Shown: piece after piece, positions 1-9,839 of the stretch | Position numbering within the stretch: position 1 is the stretch's first letter | How the letters are laid out: each line of letters begins with the position of its first letter | Source of the DNA: Limnothrix sp. BL-A-16 | GTDB taxonomy: Bacteria > Cyanobacteriota > Cyanobacteriia > CACIAM-69d | Length of the DNA stretch: 64,000 nucleotides | Assembly: GCA_041937175.2 (NCBI GenBank) | Contig: CP166615.1 | Span: 736,001 to 800,000 of the forward strand | Reading direction: 5' to 3' | Notes under the pieces: generated by a model | The model's database searches: none | The model's input: the letters and a program-made list of their open reading frames with translations, nothing else | What the model was told of the DNA's origin: nothing | Program-made: the position numbers and the translations under genes

Positions 1-91
1 GAGCAACCAGCATCGGGGTGATGGTGGTGACGTTCATCCCGAAGGTCATCAACAGAGCGGCGGCGGCTTTCCAGCGATTGCGATTCAGCAT
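1..91 (-). CDS. 5' end of a secreted/signal-peptide protein running off the window edge
   Basis: ATG at 91 on the minus strand gives MLNRNRWKAAAALLMTFGMNVTTITPMLVA..., a basic N-terminus plus hydrophobic stretch; not in the ORF track because it is truncated. Confidence 0.55.
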   Translation of the reverse strand, partial: MLNRNRWKAAAALLMTFGMNVTTITPMLVA

Positions 92-631
92 GGTTTTAAA
101 TCCTGAGGAGCGAACAGGGAACCCGATCGGGAGTCCCCTGAGAAAATTCTGGGAGAAGCCTTCTGTTGGCTTCTTTGACTACTTCTGAAAAGGGGGTTGA
201 AATCCGGAGATCGGAGTGGTGGACAGTTGAAGAACTGGCAATTTTTAACTGGGCCAAGCTTTTCAAAATCACCAAATTCCATCTCAATTCGGAGTTTTCC
301 TTTTTTTCCCTTTTCAGTTACTTCATCAGACAATTGCGGTTCCTAATTGGTTTCCTGGCATGGGCCAGTTACCAATCTGTCAAGTTTTCAACTACTTGAA
401 GTAACGAATCAGGGTGTTGAATTTCCTGGTTTTGGAAGCTTGTGACAATTAAGAATTTGGATGTAAACCACTGAAAATTGAAGGGTTGATGAATAAAGGA
501 TCAGGCGATTCTTGAATCAGAAATCGAAAGTGCAAAATCGAAAATAACCAATCCAACGGCTTGAATAGCGGTTAAGGAAGGGGCTGAATGACCCACCCAA
601 TCTTTGGGCCGTTTATCCCGATATGAACTAA

Positions 632-834
632 GGGGATCTCTGAAAAGCCAGAACTGTTACCTTGTGGATCTCGTCAACGGCAGAGACAAGGGGCTTAAGG
701 GCAGAGACAAGGGGCTACCTTGTGGATCTCGTCAACGGCAGAGACAAGGGGCTTAAGGGCAGAGACAAGGGGCTACCTTGTGGATCTCGTCAACGGCAGA
801 GACAAGGGGCTTAAGCCCCTTGCCCCCCCACGAC
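632..834. mobile_element. MITE-like element (partial) with internal 58-bp tandem amplification
   Basis: Starts GGGGATCTCTGAAAAGCC after TAA; near-identical in reverse complement to 2212-2295; unit TACCTTGTGG...CAAGGGGC starts at 658, 716 and 774; palindrome CAAGGGGCTTAAGCCCCTTG at 803-822. Confidence 0.75.
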
Positions 835-965
835 AAATTGAGGCCCTAGCCCAGATCACAGAATGGTTGCCCGTGGGAGGCGATCGGGATTGGCCAACGG
901 TTGCCCCACCGGGGAAGCAAAACCGCTAAAGTAGGAGCAACCTGCCATGTGGGAGCGGCTGCGCG

Positions 966-2153
966 ATGCCTGCTTTTTTGCCTCAAAATGCCGATCTTGT
1001 CCTGCGAGGGGCCCAATATCGCGATTTGGATGCGATCGCCCAGCTTGCGGCGGACTCAGCGGACTTTGACGGGCTAGGAAGCCCCTTGGAAACGGCGGGG
1101 GTGGATTGGTCGCGGCTGCGCACTTGGTATGGCTTATCGGCACTGGTGGAGATGATGGCTCCCAGCCAACGGCGGTTGCGGGCCAGCGTGGCCGAGCGCG
1201 ATCGGCGGGTTTGCGGGGCGATCGCGGTGATGCCCGTGAATCGATCGCGCAGCACTTGGCGTGTGAAGCAGGTGGCCGTGATGCCGGAATGTCGCAGCCA
1301 GGGCATTGGTTCCGAGCTGTTGCGCTACTGCTTTGAAACCATTTGGGAAGCACGCACCTGGATGCTGGAGGTGAATGTGCATGGCAAAGATGCCCTGGCA
1401 CTCTATCGCCAAAACGGATTCCAGCCGATCGCCCAGTTAACCTATTGGTCTATTCCGCCGGCCGCTCTCACGGCCCTGGCGGAGCGGGAACCGGACTTGC
1501 CCAACCTGATGCCGGTGGGCAATGCCGATGCACCCTTGCTTTACCAACTCGACACGGCGGCCATGCCCCCCCATGTGCGCCAGGCCTTTGATTTGCGCGT
1601 CGATGACTTCAAGGCGGATTGGTTGGCGGCCCTGGCGGACACTCGGCAGCGGATAGATGGGCTGGAAACCACGATGGGTTATGTGTTTGAACCCCAACGG
1701 AAAGCCGCGATCGGCTATTTCCAAGTGCGATCACACCGATATGCAGCGCTGCCCCATCGGGCGGAGTTAACCGTGCATCCGGCCTATACCTGGCTCTATC
1801 CCGAGTTGATGGCTCAAATGGCGCGGATTACCCGATCGCTCAATGCCGATTTGCCCCTGTTGCTGGCTTCTGCGGACTACCAACCGGAACGGGAAGCCTA
1901 TCTGGAAAGCATTGGGGCCGAGCGGTTTGAGCATTCTTTGCTGCTGTCGCGATCGGTTTGGCACAAGCTGCGGGAGACTCGATCGATCTCCTTGGATGCC
2001 CTGCAAGAGATGCTAAACGGCTGGCAACCGGCCAAACCGATGACCGGTGGCGGTCGGGTCTATTGGTCGAGTGCTTGGGATGGGCCCACCTTTGACCCGC
2101 CGGAAGACCCCCCGGAGAATCCCGAAACACCGGAGCCGCCCGCCCAATCCTGA
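966..2153 (+). CDS. GNAT family N-acetyltransferase (two-domain, cyanobacterial type)
   Basis: Motif A VAVMPECRSQGIGSELL; LEVN...ALALYRQNGF motif B; 395 aa. Confidence 0.85.
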   Translation: MPAFLPQNADLVLRGAQYRDLDAIAQLAADSADFDGLGSPLETAGVDWSRLRTWYGLSALVEMMAPSQRRLRASVAERDRRVCGAIAVMPVNRSRSTWRVKQVAVMPECRSQGIGSELLRYCFETIWEARTWMLEVNVHGKDALALYRQNGFQPIAQLTYWSIPPAALTALAEREPDLPNLMPVGNADAPLLYQLDTAAMPPHVRQAFDLRVDDFKADWLAALADTRQRIDGLETTMGYVFEPQRKAAIGYFQVRSHRYAALPHRAELTVHPAYTWLYPELMAQMARITRSLNADLPLLLASADYQPEREAYLESIGAERFEHSLLLSRSVWHKLRETRSISLDALQEMLNGWQPAKPMTGGGRVYWSSAWDGPTFDPPEDPPENPETPEPPAQS

Positions 2154-2165
2154 GCTAGTGCCTTA

Positions 2166-2295
2166 GAGCATGTCTGAGCAGTGACTTAGGGTACTGGCAA
2201 AGCACGAAGAGTCGTTGGGGCAAGGGGCTTAAGCCCCTTGTCTCTGCCGTTGATGAGATCCACAAGGTAACAGCGCTGGCTTTTTAGAGATCCGC
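2166..2295. mobile_element. 130-bp MITE-like element with imperfect TIRs and TTA direct repeats
   Basis: TTA(2163-65)|GAGCATGTCTGAG...TTTTTAGAGATCCGC|TTA(2296-98); central palindrome CAAGGGGCTTAAGCCCCTTG at 2221-2240. Confidence 0.7.
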
Positions 2296-3027
2296 TTAGC
2301 CCATGTCGGGATAGGCGGCCCACAGATCGGTGGTTTCGCGCAGGCTGCGAAATTCCCCATAGCCCACCACCAAATGATCCAACAGCGGCAGCTCCAGAAA
2401 ATGGGCCCCCGCCAAAAGCTGCTGCGTGAGGGTCAAGTCCTCAGGGCTGGGGGTTAGGTCGCCCGAGGGGTGATTGTGGGCCACAATGCAGGCGGCAGCG
2501 CCCTGGCGAATCAGCTCCCGAAAAATATCGCGAGGATGGGCTAGGGTTTGGGTTTCCGTCCCGATCGTCAGGACTTGGGTGGCTAGGAGTCGATTTTTGG
2601 GATCTAACAACAACAGGGCGAACCGTTCCTGAGGTTGCCACATCAAGTCTTGACTGAGGGCAGTGGCGGCGGCGGCTGGGGTATCGATTACGGCGCGATC
2701 GAGCGGTCGGGTTTGCAAAATCCGCTTGCCCAACTCGACCGCTGCCAAAATCGCCGTAGCCTTGGCATCGCCCACCCCGTGAATTTGGGTCAGTTCCGCC
2801 AAGGACGCATCGCGCAAGACGGCCAGCGGATCCTGGCGATCGCCCCCCAAGGTTTGCAAAATCAGTTGCCCCAACCCCACGGCGGAGAGTTTGCCCGGCC
2901 CTTGACCCGTGCCCAGCAAAATAGCCAACAGTTCCGCATTCGAGAGGCTGCGGGGGCCAAAGGCGGCCAACCGCTCCCGGGGGCGTTCTGTGGCCGGTAG
3001 ATCCTGAATCCGAGGGTTGTAGGTCAT
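2296..3027 (-). CDS. radC: RadC/JAB-domain protein
   Basis: [21 protein letters not shown], helix-hairpin-helix GVGDAKA, JAMM motif HNHPSGD...S.ED...LLDHLV; likely start MTYNPR at 3027 (ORF track extends to 3144). Confidence 0.92.
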   Translation of the reverse strand: MTYNPRIQDLPATERPRERLAAFGPRSLSNAELLAILLGTGQGPGKLSAVGLGQLILQTLGGDRQDPLAVLRDASLAELTQIHGVGDAKATAILAAVELGKRILQTRPLDRAVIDTPAAAATALSQDLMWQPQERFALLLLDPKNRLLATQVLTIGTETQTLAHPRDIFRELIRQGAAACIVAHNHPSGDLTPSPEDLTLTQQLLAGAHFLELPLLDHLVVGYGEFRSLRETTDLWAAYPDMG

Positions 3028-3217
3028 AGGGCTGACATTTTGACCGCCCTTTATGATACTGAAAACCACTGCCACAAAAGCAGGATAAACCTCTAATATC
3101 TCCGGTATTTCCGAGATTTTTGCAAGCCGAGGCAGGATATACAACGGCCCGACAAGATCGGCTTTGGGGCGATCGCCTCGGATTGACCCCGATCGATTCA
3201 GATCGTTGTCAATCGAC

Positions 3218-5923
3218 TCAAGATGATCGGGGGCGATCGATCAGCAAATTGCTGTAGGGGCCCGGTCGCAGCCGCACGGCCAAGGCTTGACCCAAATCGC
3301 CCAAACAGCCCAACCACCGATCATCCAAGGGAGCAGCGGCCATGGATCCTTGCCACCAAAAAAAGAGCCGTTCCTGCGCTAAATCTAGATCCAACGTGAG
3401 TTGAAGCGATCGACTCAAGCGGGTGAGTCGATCGATCGCATCCACGGCCACCCGTAGCCCGCCCAGGGACTGCTCTGGATCGGCGGCAGAATGCCCGCTC
3501 AGTTCCGTTTCCACCAGACCAATCGCCCGTTCCAGCAACCGCTCGATCGCCCTCGTGACCCAAGGGGCAATTTCCAATCCATCCAATTGACAGTGCAGGC
3601 GTTGGGCTTCGGCGGCCACCGCTTCCAACTCCGTCAGCGTTCCCGGCCCGGCCTCGATCGCTGCTAGGGGCCAAGTTTCCAACTCGCCGGCCAACCGTTG
3701 CACCAAGGACAACACCCGCTGACCCAAGGCCAACTCCGCCGCCACCTGTAATTCGCGGGGAACCGGCAACGCATCTCGATAAAACCGGGTCATGATCCCG
3801 CAGTTGTCGCGATAGGCGCGATCGTACAGCGTATCCAGCCGCGTTGTGGTTTCTTGAACCAGCAACCGCATCAGCCGATCGCGATCCTCCGCACAGAGAT
3901 CCGCCAAGGCAAATCCCCGGGACTGGCCGCCCATGGTGGCACTTAAGGCCAACACCACCTGGGCTGCACTGGCAGACTCCAGCGCCGCAAGCAGCCGCTC
4001 CTTCAGCTTGCTGTAGGCTAATCGGCCTTGGAACGGCTGCACACAACAGTGAAAATCCCAACCGCCCAAGTGCAAGGCTCCAAAGACAAAATGGGCGGAC
4101 TCGCCCGCGATATCCGAAGTCACCACCAACTCGCCCACGGCCAACGCCAAGGATCCCAGCCGTTGTAATTGGTAATCCTGCTGTTCGATCGTGTAGCAAT
4201 AGGCTCGGCTTTGGCGCGGTTGGTTGGGAATCAAAGAGCCGATCGCGTGGGCCGCCACCACCTGCTCAAAACTGACATGATCATCCAAAACCAACTGTCG
4301 ATAAACCTCCGCCCCGTCGCCAAATTCCGGCACGTTGCTGGGAGCCGCCGCCAGTTGGGCCACAAAGTCCGGCTCCAAATTCACGCCGGCCACTTCGGCC
4401 GCCAACTCGATCGCCCGGCTGGCATAGCGCAAAATCTGCACCCCTTCCGGGCGGGAAATTTCCTCAAAAAACCAGCCGCAACTGGTGAACATCAACAGGG
4501 CGTGGCGCTGCATTTCCAACAACCGCAGGGCATCGATTCGCTCCTGGGCTGACAGGGGGCGGGCCCGATGACGTTCCAAAAACGCTGTAATCCGATCGGG
4601 CGATCGATCCAAAACCAACTCGATATATTCATCGCGGGCCTGCCAAGGATCCCGCAACAGCGGAGTGGCATAGCGTTCAAACACCGTCACCAGTCGATCG
4701 CGCAAATAATTCAAACTGTCTCGCAACGGTCGCCGCCAGCGCTGGTGCCAGCCGCCGCCCCCGCCACAACCGCAATCGTCCTGCCAGCGATCGACCCCGT
4801 GGGAACAGCTCCAGGCCGTCACCGGCTTCATTTCCACCTCCCACTCCGGCGGGTGCAGGCTCAAGTAATGGGCAAAATTGGTGGTACACCAGCCCCGTCC
4901 CGGAAACTCCATGGTGAGGGCATAGGCCAAGCATTTTTCCTTATCGCGCTTGTGGTGACCGAAGGTTTCCCCATCGGTGGCCACGGAAATCACCTGGCTG
5001 GGGCGATCGGCCCGCACCGCCGATCCCAACCGATCGGCAAAGGAAGCGGCACTGGTTAGCACATCGCCAAAACCCATGTCGCCGGAAATCGGCCCATCGT
5101 AGAAAAACAGATCAATGTAGCGATCGCGGGCCAAGGTGGCCACCGGATCCGAAGGCGCTTCTGGGGCGATCGGCTCCGGTTTCCCGCCCTTGGGCACAAA
5201 GCACCGATAGGATCGCGTGGGGTCAATTTGCCCCGATCCCACATCCACCCAATCCGGCTCCGGATCGGCTTCCGTGGGTAGCGGCCGGCAGCGCTGGGCC
5301 TGGGATGGGGCAAAAATGACAAACTTAATGCCCTCATCGATCAGCACATCAAGGGTGGCGTAATCCACGGCTGTTTCCGCCAGCCAAATGCCTTCGGGTG
5401 AGCGACCAAAGCGCGATCGAAAATCCGCCACGCCCCATCGCACCTGGGTTTGCTTATCCCGCCGATTGGCCAGGGGCATGATGATGTGGTTATAGACCTG
5501 AGCGATCGCGTTGCCATGGCCCCCCAACCGCTTCACACTCAGGCGATCGCCCTCCAAAATTCGAGCATAGGTGGCCGGATCAAACCGCTCCAACCAACTC
5601 AGCAGCGTTGGCCCCGCATTGAAGCTCATCCACTCAAAATTGTTCACCAGCCCCACGATCGCTCCCGAATCATTAAAAATTCGGGCGAAGGCATTGGGTC
5701 GATAGCATTCCCGATAAACCCGCTCATTCCAGTCGTGGCAAGGGGCCGCGCTGGGCTGCCGCACGATTGCCTCCAGATAGGGATTTTCGCGCGGGGGTTG
5801 ATAGAAATGCCCATGCACCACCACATAAACCCCAGAAGCGGGGCGATCGGGCATGGGCGAAACGGGAACTGCGACGGTACCTTCGTTCGATCGTTTTGCC
5901 ATCCCCAAGCTCCTCAGCGCCAA
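3218..5923 (-). CDS. GH57-family glycoside hydrolase with DUF3536
   Basis: [48 protein letters not shown] motifs. Confidence 0.88.
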   Translation of the reverse strand: MALRSLGMAKRSNEGTVAVPVSPMPDRPASGVYVVVHGHFYQPPRENPYLEAIVRQPSAAPCHDWNERVYRECYRPNAFARIFNDSGAIVGLVNNFEWMSFNAGPTLLSWLERFDPATYARILEGDRLSVKRLGGHGNAIAQVYNHIIMPLANRRDKQTQVRWGVADFRSRFGRSPEGIWLAETAVDYATLDVLIDEGIKFVIFAPSQAQRCRPLPTEADPEPDWVDVGSGQIDPTRSYRCFVPKGGKPEPIAPEAPSDPVATLARDRYIDLFFYDGPISGDMGFGDVLTSAASFADRLGSAVRADRPSQVISVATDGETFGHHKRDKEKCLAYALTMEFPGRGWCTTNFAHYLSLHPPEWEVEMKPVTAWSCSHGVDRWQDDCGCGGGGGWHQRWRRPLRDSLNYLRDRLVTVFERYATPLLRDPWQARDEYIELVLDRSPDRITAFLERHRARPLSAQERIDALRLLEMQRHALLMFTSCGWFFEEISRPEGVQILRYASRAIELAAEVAGVNLEPDFVAQLAAAPSNVPEFGDGAEVYRQLVLDDHVSFEQVVAAHAIGSLIPNQPRQSRAYCYTIEQQDYQLQRLGSLALAVGELVVTSDIAGESAHFVFGALHLGGWDFHCCVQPFQGRLAYSKLKERLLAALESASAAQVVLALSATMGGQSRGFALADLCAEDRDRLMRLLVQETTTRLDTLYDRAYRDNCGIMTRFYRDALPVPRELQVAAELALGQRVLSLVQRLAGELETWPLAAIEAGPGTLTELEAVAAEAQRLHCQLDGLEIAPWVTRAIERLLERAIGLVETELSGHSAADPEQSLGGLRVAVDAIDRLTRLSRSLQLTLDLDLAQERLFFWWQGSMAAAPLDDRWLGCLGDLGQALAVRLRPGPYSNLLIDRPRSS

Positions 5924-6232
5924 TTTCCGGTTGATTAACCCTCTAGCGGTTTAACACAAGCGCCGATCTTCCGCAAAATCTCGCTCGATTTGTCCCATGG
6001 TTCCGTCTTGGGCGATCGGTTGGCAGCTCCTGATCCCCTGTCAAAGCGCCCGCAGGCACTCAGCAATTGGTGCGGGCTATGATTGACCCAATCCCATGGT
6101 GAGGATCAAGCAAGCTAATCTTGGCCAGCGCCCCTGTGGCACAATGGCGACAATCGCCCCCATCGTCTAGGGTCATTAAACCCGAGGGCAGATTGCTCGG
6201 TTTCTTGCTCGTTATCTCGTCTGTGGTTTCCC

Positions 6233-7552
6233 ATGTCTGAAGCATCTTCGGCCAGCGTTGCCCGTGCGGCAGCCTTCCAAAAAGCCTTCCAAAACTTGCA
6301 GCTTCAACCCCTGGTGGCCGATCAGGATTGGAAAAACTTTGGGGTGAGCTACAACGATCGCTGCTTGGCGGAATTGGAGCAGCTCGTGGAAGACAGCACC
6401 GAGCCAGACAATCAGTTCATCTTTGCGGGCCATCGGGGCTGCGGCAAATCCACGGTTTTGGCTGAATTTGCCAAGATGATGAGCGATCGCTATTTCACGG
6501 TCTTTTTCTCGATCGCGGATTTGATCGAAAGTTACTCGATCAATCACATCAATATTTTGTTCACCATGGCCGTGCAATTGATGGCCAAGGCTGAATCCGA
6601 GAAAATCGCGATTTCGCCCAGCAAGATCAAAGCCTTTCGCAATTGGTTTAAAACCCGCACCCACATCGAAGAAGCATCGGTCAGTGGTGAAGCAGAAGTG
6701 GGCTTTGATTTGTTCGGCTTGCTGAAAACCAAGCTGAAGACCGATGCCAAAATGCGCGAAGAAATCAAGACTGAATTTACAAAAGACCTTCGAGACTTAA
6801 TCGATACGATCAATAATATCGCCACAGAAATTCAGCTTGCTAGTGGTCGCAAAATTCTGGCGGTGATTGATGATCTAGACAAGCTGGAACTGACGCAGAT
6901 TGACGAGATTTTTTATCGGAACCTGAAAGCGCTGCTCGAACCCAACTTCACGGTGATTTATACGATCCCGATCGCCACAATTCGTGATACCCGGCTGAAG
7001 AGTCATCTGGAAACGGAAACTAGTACCAGTATTTACGTGATGCCCGTGTTGAAGCTGTTTGCCAAGCACGACAGTCATCGGGCCGATGGTCAGCCCGTGC
7101 CTGAAAAATTCAAGACCCTATTGCAAATTCTTCATCGCCGGGTTGCGCCAGATTTATTGGCTGAGGGAGTGGCTGAAACAATTGTGCTCTATAGCGGCGG
7201 AGTCAATCGCGAGTTGATTCGGATTGCCAAGGAATGTTGTCGATTAATGCGGGTAGAATTGCGAGTGCGACAACGGCGAGGCGAAGACATTAGCCAAACC
7301 CAAATCGATCAGAGCATTTTGCAAGAGGCGCTGGATTCGCTGCGTAATGAAATGTCGATTACGCTGGGCAAAACCGATCGCGAAATTTTGGAGCAAATCT
7401 ATTGCAACTACCAGCCGGATGATCCAAAAGCCGAAGAGTTCTTGGAGATGCTCCATGGTGTGTATGTGATCGAATATCGCAACAAAGAAAGCTGGTATGA
7501 TGTGCATCCTTTGCTAATAGATCAGTTGCGCATTGAGCAGCGAATTGGCTGA
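6233..7552 (+). CDS. P-loop (AAA/STAND-like) ATPase
   Basis: Walker A GHRGCGKST, Walker B AVIDDLDK, SGGVNRE helix motif, C-terminal WYDVHPL; stop codon overlaps next start (TGATG). Confidence 0.85.
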   Translation: MSEASSASVARAAAFQKAFQNLQLQPLVADQDWKNFGVSYNDRCLAELEQLVEDSTEPDNQFIFAGHRGCGKSTVLAEFAKMMSDRYFTVFFSIADLIESYSINHINILFTMAVQLMAKAESEKIAISPSKIKAFRNWFKTRTHIEEASVSGEAEVGFDLFGLLKTKLKTDAKMREEIKTEFTKDLRDLIDTINNIATEIQLASGRKILAVIDDLDKLELTQIDEIFYRNLKALLEPNFTVIYTIPIATIRDTRLKSHLETETSTSIYVMPVLKLFAKHDSHRADGQPVPEKFKTLLQILHRRVAPDLLAEGVAETIVLYSGGVNRELIRIAKECCRLMRVELRVRQRRGEDISQTQIDQSILQEALDSLRNEMSITLGKTDREILEQIYCNYQPDDPKAEEFLEMLHGVYVIEYRNKESWYDVHPLLIDQLRIEQRIG

Positions 7553-9621
7553 TGAATCCTGACGACCGGCCAGAAACAACCAACGGGAACGATCGCACCT
7601 ACGATCGCCTAATTGCCTCCTTGGAAATGGGGCTGGGGCAATTGCAGGTGCTGTTGGCCAGTTGCGACCACGATCGCCAACGACTGGCTTGGATCGATCG
7701 CTACGAAGCGGAACTGCAAGGCCAAGCCCAGCCGTTGCGAGTGCGGTTGGATGCGACGGAACCCAGCTTGCATCAGGCCGTGGCCCAAGCCTTGGCTGAT
7801 GTGACTGACCCCAGCTTGCCGATCGTGGTGACGGTGACGGGCAGCGAGGCACTGGGCTTGACGGGGCCGGAGCCGATCGAGAAATTCCTAGGCTATTTGC
7901 AGTGGACGCGGGAGGCGTTGCGGGAGTTTGCCTTGCCGATCGTGCTGTGGTTGCCGGAGCGGCTGTTGCCGGAGCTGCCCAGAAAGGCCCCGGACTTTTG
8001 GAGCTGGCGCGATGGTGTGTTTTTGTTCAAGGTGGTGACTCAGGCAGCGGTCAGCCCTTCCGAGATCATCCCGGAGCGGATCGAGCCGCGAGCCTCAGAC
8101 AGCAACGATGCAGGCAGCCTGTCGATCGCGGACTTGGAAGCTTCTTTGGCCGCCGCCGAAACCCAGCTTGGCCCCAACAGCCTGGCCGTGGCGGATTTGT
8201 TGCGACAGTTGGGCGATCGCTATGCCGATCGCTATCGAGCGGGTCGGGGACCCGAGGAAGCGATTCCCGCCGAAGCCTACTACCAACGGGCGATCGCGCT
8301 CTACGAAACCCACGAGCGATCGGCGGATCTGGCCACCAGCCTCAACAACTTGGCAGGACTCTACGAATCCCAGGGACGATACGAGGCAGCGGAACCCCTC
8401 TACCAGCGATCGCTGGAAATCTGGGAGCAAGGGCTGGGAGCCGACCATCCCCTCACCGCCACCAGCCTCAACAACTTGGCAGGACTCTACTCATCCCAGG
8501 GACGGTACGAGGCAGCGGAACCCCTCTACCGGCGATCGCTGGAAATCCGTGAGCGATTGCTGGGAGCCGACCATCCCGCCACCGCCACCAGCCTCAACAA
8601 CTTGGCAGAACTCTATCGATCTCAGGGACGGTACGAGGCAGCGGAACCCCTCTACCGGCGATCGCTGGAAATCTGGGAGCAAGGGCTGGGAGCCGACCAT
8701 CCCGACACCGCCACCAGCCTCAACAACTTGGCAAACCTCTACTCATCCCAGGGACGGTACGAAGCAGCGGAACCCCTCTACCGGCGATCGCTGGAAATCA
8801 AAGAGCAAGTGCTGGGAGCCGACCATCCCGACACCGCCACCAGCCTCAACAACTTGGCAGGACTCTACAATTCCCAGGGACGGTACGAGGCCGCGGAACC
8901 CCTCTACCGGCGAGCGCTAGAAATCCATGAGCGATTGCTGGGAGCCGACCATCCCGCCACCGCCACCAGCCTCAACAACTTGGCAGGACTCTATCGATCC
9001 CAGGGACGGTACGAAGCAGCGGAACCCCTCTACCGGCGATCGCTGGAAATCAAAGAGCAAGTGCTGGGAGCCGACCATCCCGACACCGCCACCAGCCTCA
9101 ACAACTTGGCAGGACTCTACAATTCCCAGGGACGGTACGAGGCCGCGGAACCCCTCTACCGGCGAGCGCTAGAAATCCATGAGCAAGTTCTAGGAGCCGA
9201 CCATCCCCACACCGCCACCAGCCTCAACAACTTGGCAGGACTCTACAAATCCCAGGGACGGTACGAGGCAGCAGAACCCCTCTACCGGCGATCCCTGGAA
9301 ATCCGTGAGCAAATGCTGGGAGCCGACCATCCCGACACCGCCAACAGCCTCAACAACTTGGCAAACCTCTATCGATCCCAGGGACGGTACGAGGCAGCGG
9401 AACCTCTCTACCTCCGCTGCTTGGAGATTTGTCTAGAAAAACTCGGTCAAGACCATCCCAACACCCAAACCGTCCAGAAAAATTTCCGCAGACTCGTGCA
9501 AGCCGTCCTCAAAGCCGGTGGCGCAAGCCTTGCGGAGCAATCTCGTGCCGCCGAACTTTCCGACCATCCCCTCACCCAAGCCATCCTGCAAGAACTCACC
9601 GCCCCACCCGAAACCCCGTAG
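7552..9621 (+). CDS. Tetratricopeptide repeat protein (42-aa TPR type) with conserved N-terminal domain
   Basis: Nine repeats of TATSLNNLAxLYxSQGRYEAAEPLYxRxLEIxExxLGADHP; N-terminal LQWTRE...VLWLP...APDFWSWR segment. Confidence 0.92.
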   Translation: MNPDDRPETTNGNDRTYDRLIASLEMGLGQLQVLLASCDHDRQRLAWIDRYEAELQGQAQPLRVRLDATEPSLHQAVAQALADVTDPSLPIVVTVTGSEALGLTGPEPIEKFLGYLQWTREALREFALPIVLWLPERLLPELPRKAPDFWSWRDGVFLFKVVTQAAVSPSEIIPERIEPRASDSNDAGSLSIADLEASLAAAETQLGPNSLAVADLLRQLGDRYADRYRAGRGPEEAIPAEAYYQRAIALYETHERSADLATSLNNLAGLYESQGRYEAAEPLYQRSLEIWEQGLGADHPLTATSLNNLAGLYSSQGRYEAAEPLYRRSLEIRERLLGADHPATATSLNNLAELYRSQGRYEAAEPLYRRSLEIWEQGLGADHPDTATSLNNLANLYSSQGRYEAAEPLYRRSLEIKEQVLGADHPDTATSLNNLAGLYNSQGRYEAAEPLYRRALEIHERLLGADHPATATSLNNLAGLYRSQGRYEAAEPLYRRSLEIKEQVLGADHPDTATSLNNLAGLYNSQGRYEAAEPLYRRALEIHEQVLGADHPHTATSLNNLAGLYKSQGRYEAAEPLYRRSLEIREQMLGADHPDTANSLNNLANLYRSQGRYEAAEPLYLRCLEICLEKLGQDHPNTQTVQKNFRRLVQAVLKAGGASLAEQSRAAELSDHPLTQAILQELTAPPETP
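8329..9462 (+). repeat. Nine intragenic tandem 126-bp repeats (TPR units)
   Basis: GCCACCAGCCTCAACAACTTGGCA recurs every 126 bp, nearly identical at DNA level. Confidence 0.95.
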
Positions 9622-9644
9622 GGGAGCATCGCCATGTGTCCTCC
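9618..9644 (+). repeat. GTAG-type REP-like hairpin overlapping the TPR stop codon
   Basis: GTAGGGGAGCATCGCCATGTGTCCTCC; same GTAGGGG + hairpin layout at 23356 and 38321. Confidence 0.4.
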
Positions 9645-9839
9645 GATATGCGAGATCTCCGAGGGGCAATTCGTCTCCAGCGATGAGGATCGCGCCCAAG
9701 CCAAACTCTGAAACCGTCAGTGGTTGAACACCGCTTCTCCCCCCGCTGCCACAGGGGAGGGAATCTGGCAGGAGGCGATTTTCACAGCGGTTGTTTTATA
9801 AGATGGCTGTCTGGTCGCTTCATTGACCCGCTCCTAGCC

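Noticed and set aside
658..822. CRISPR array
   Set aside because: The intervening sequences are identical rather than unique spacers, there are no cas genes, and the unit is part of a dispersed MITE
8329..9462. CRISPR array or DGR template/variable repeat
   Set aside because: The repeats are in-frame TPR coding units, and there is no reverse transcriptase or separate non-coding template repeat in the window
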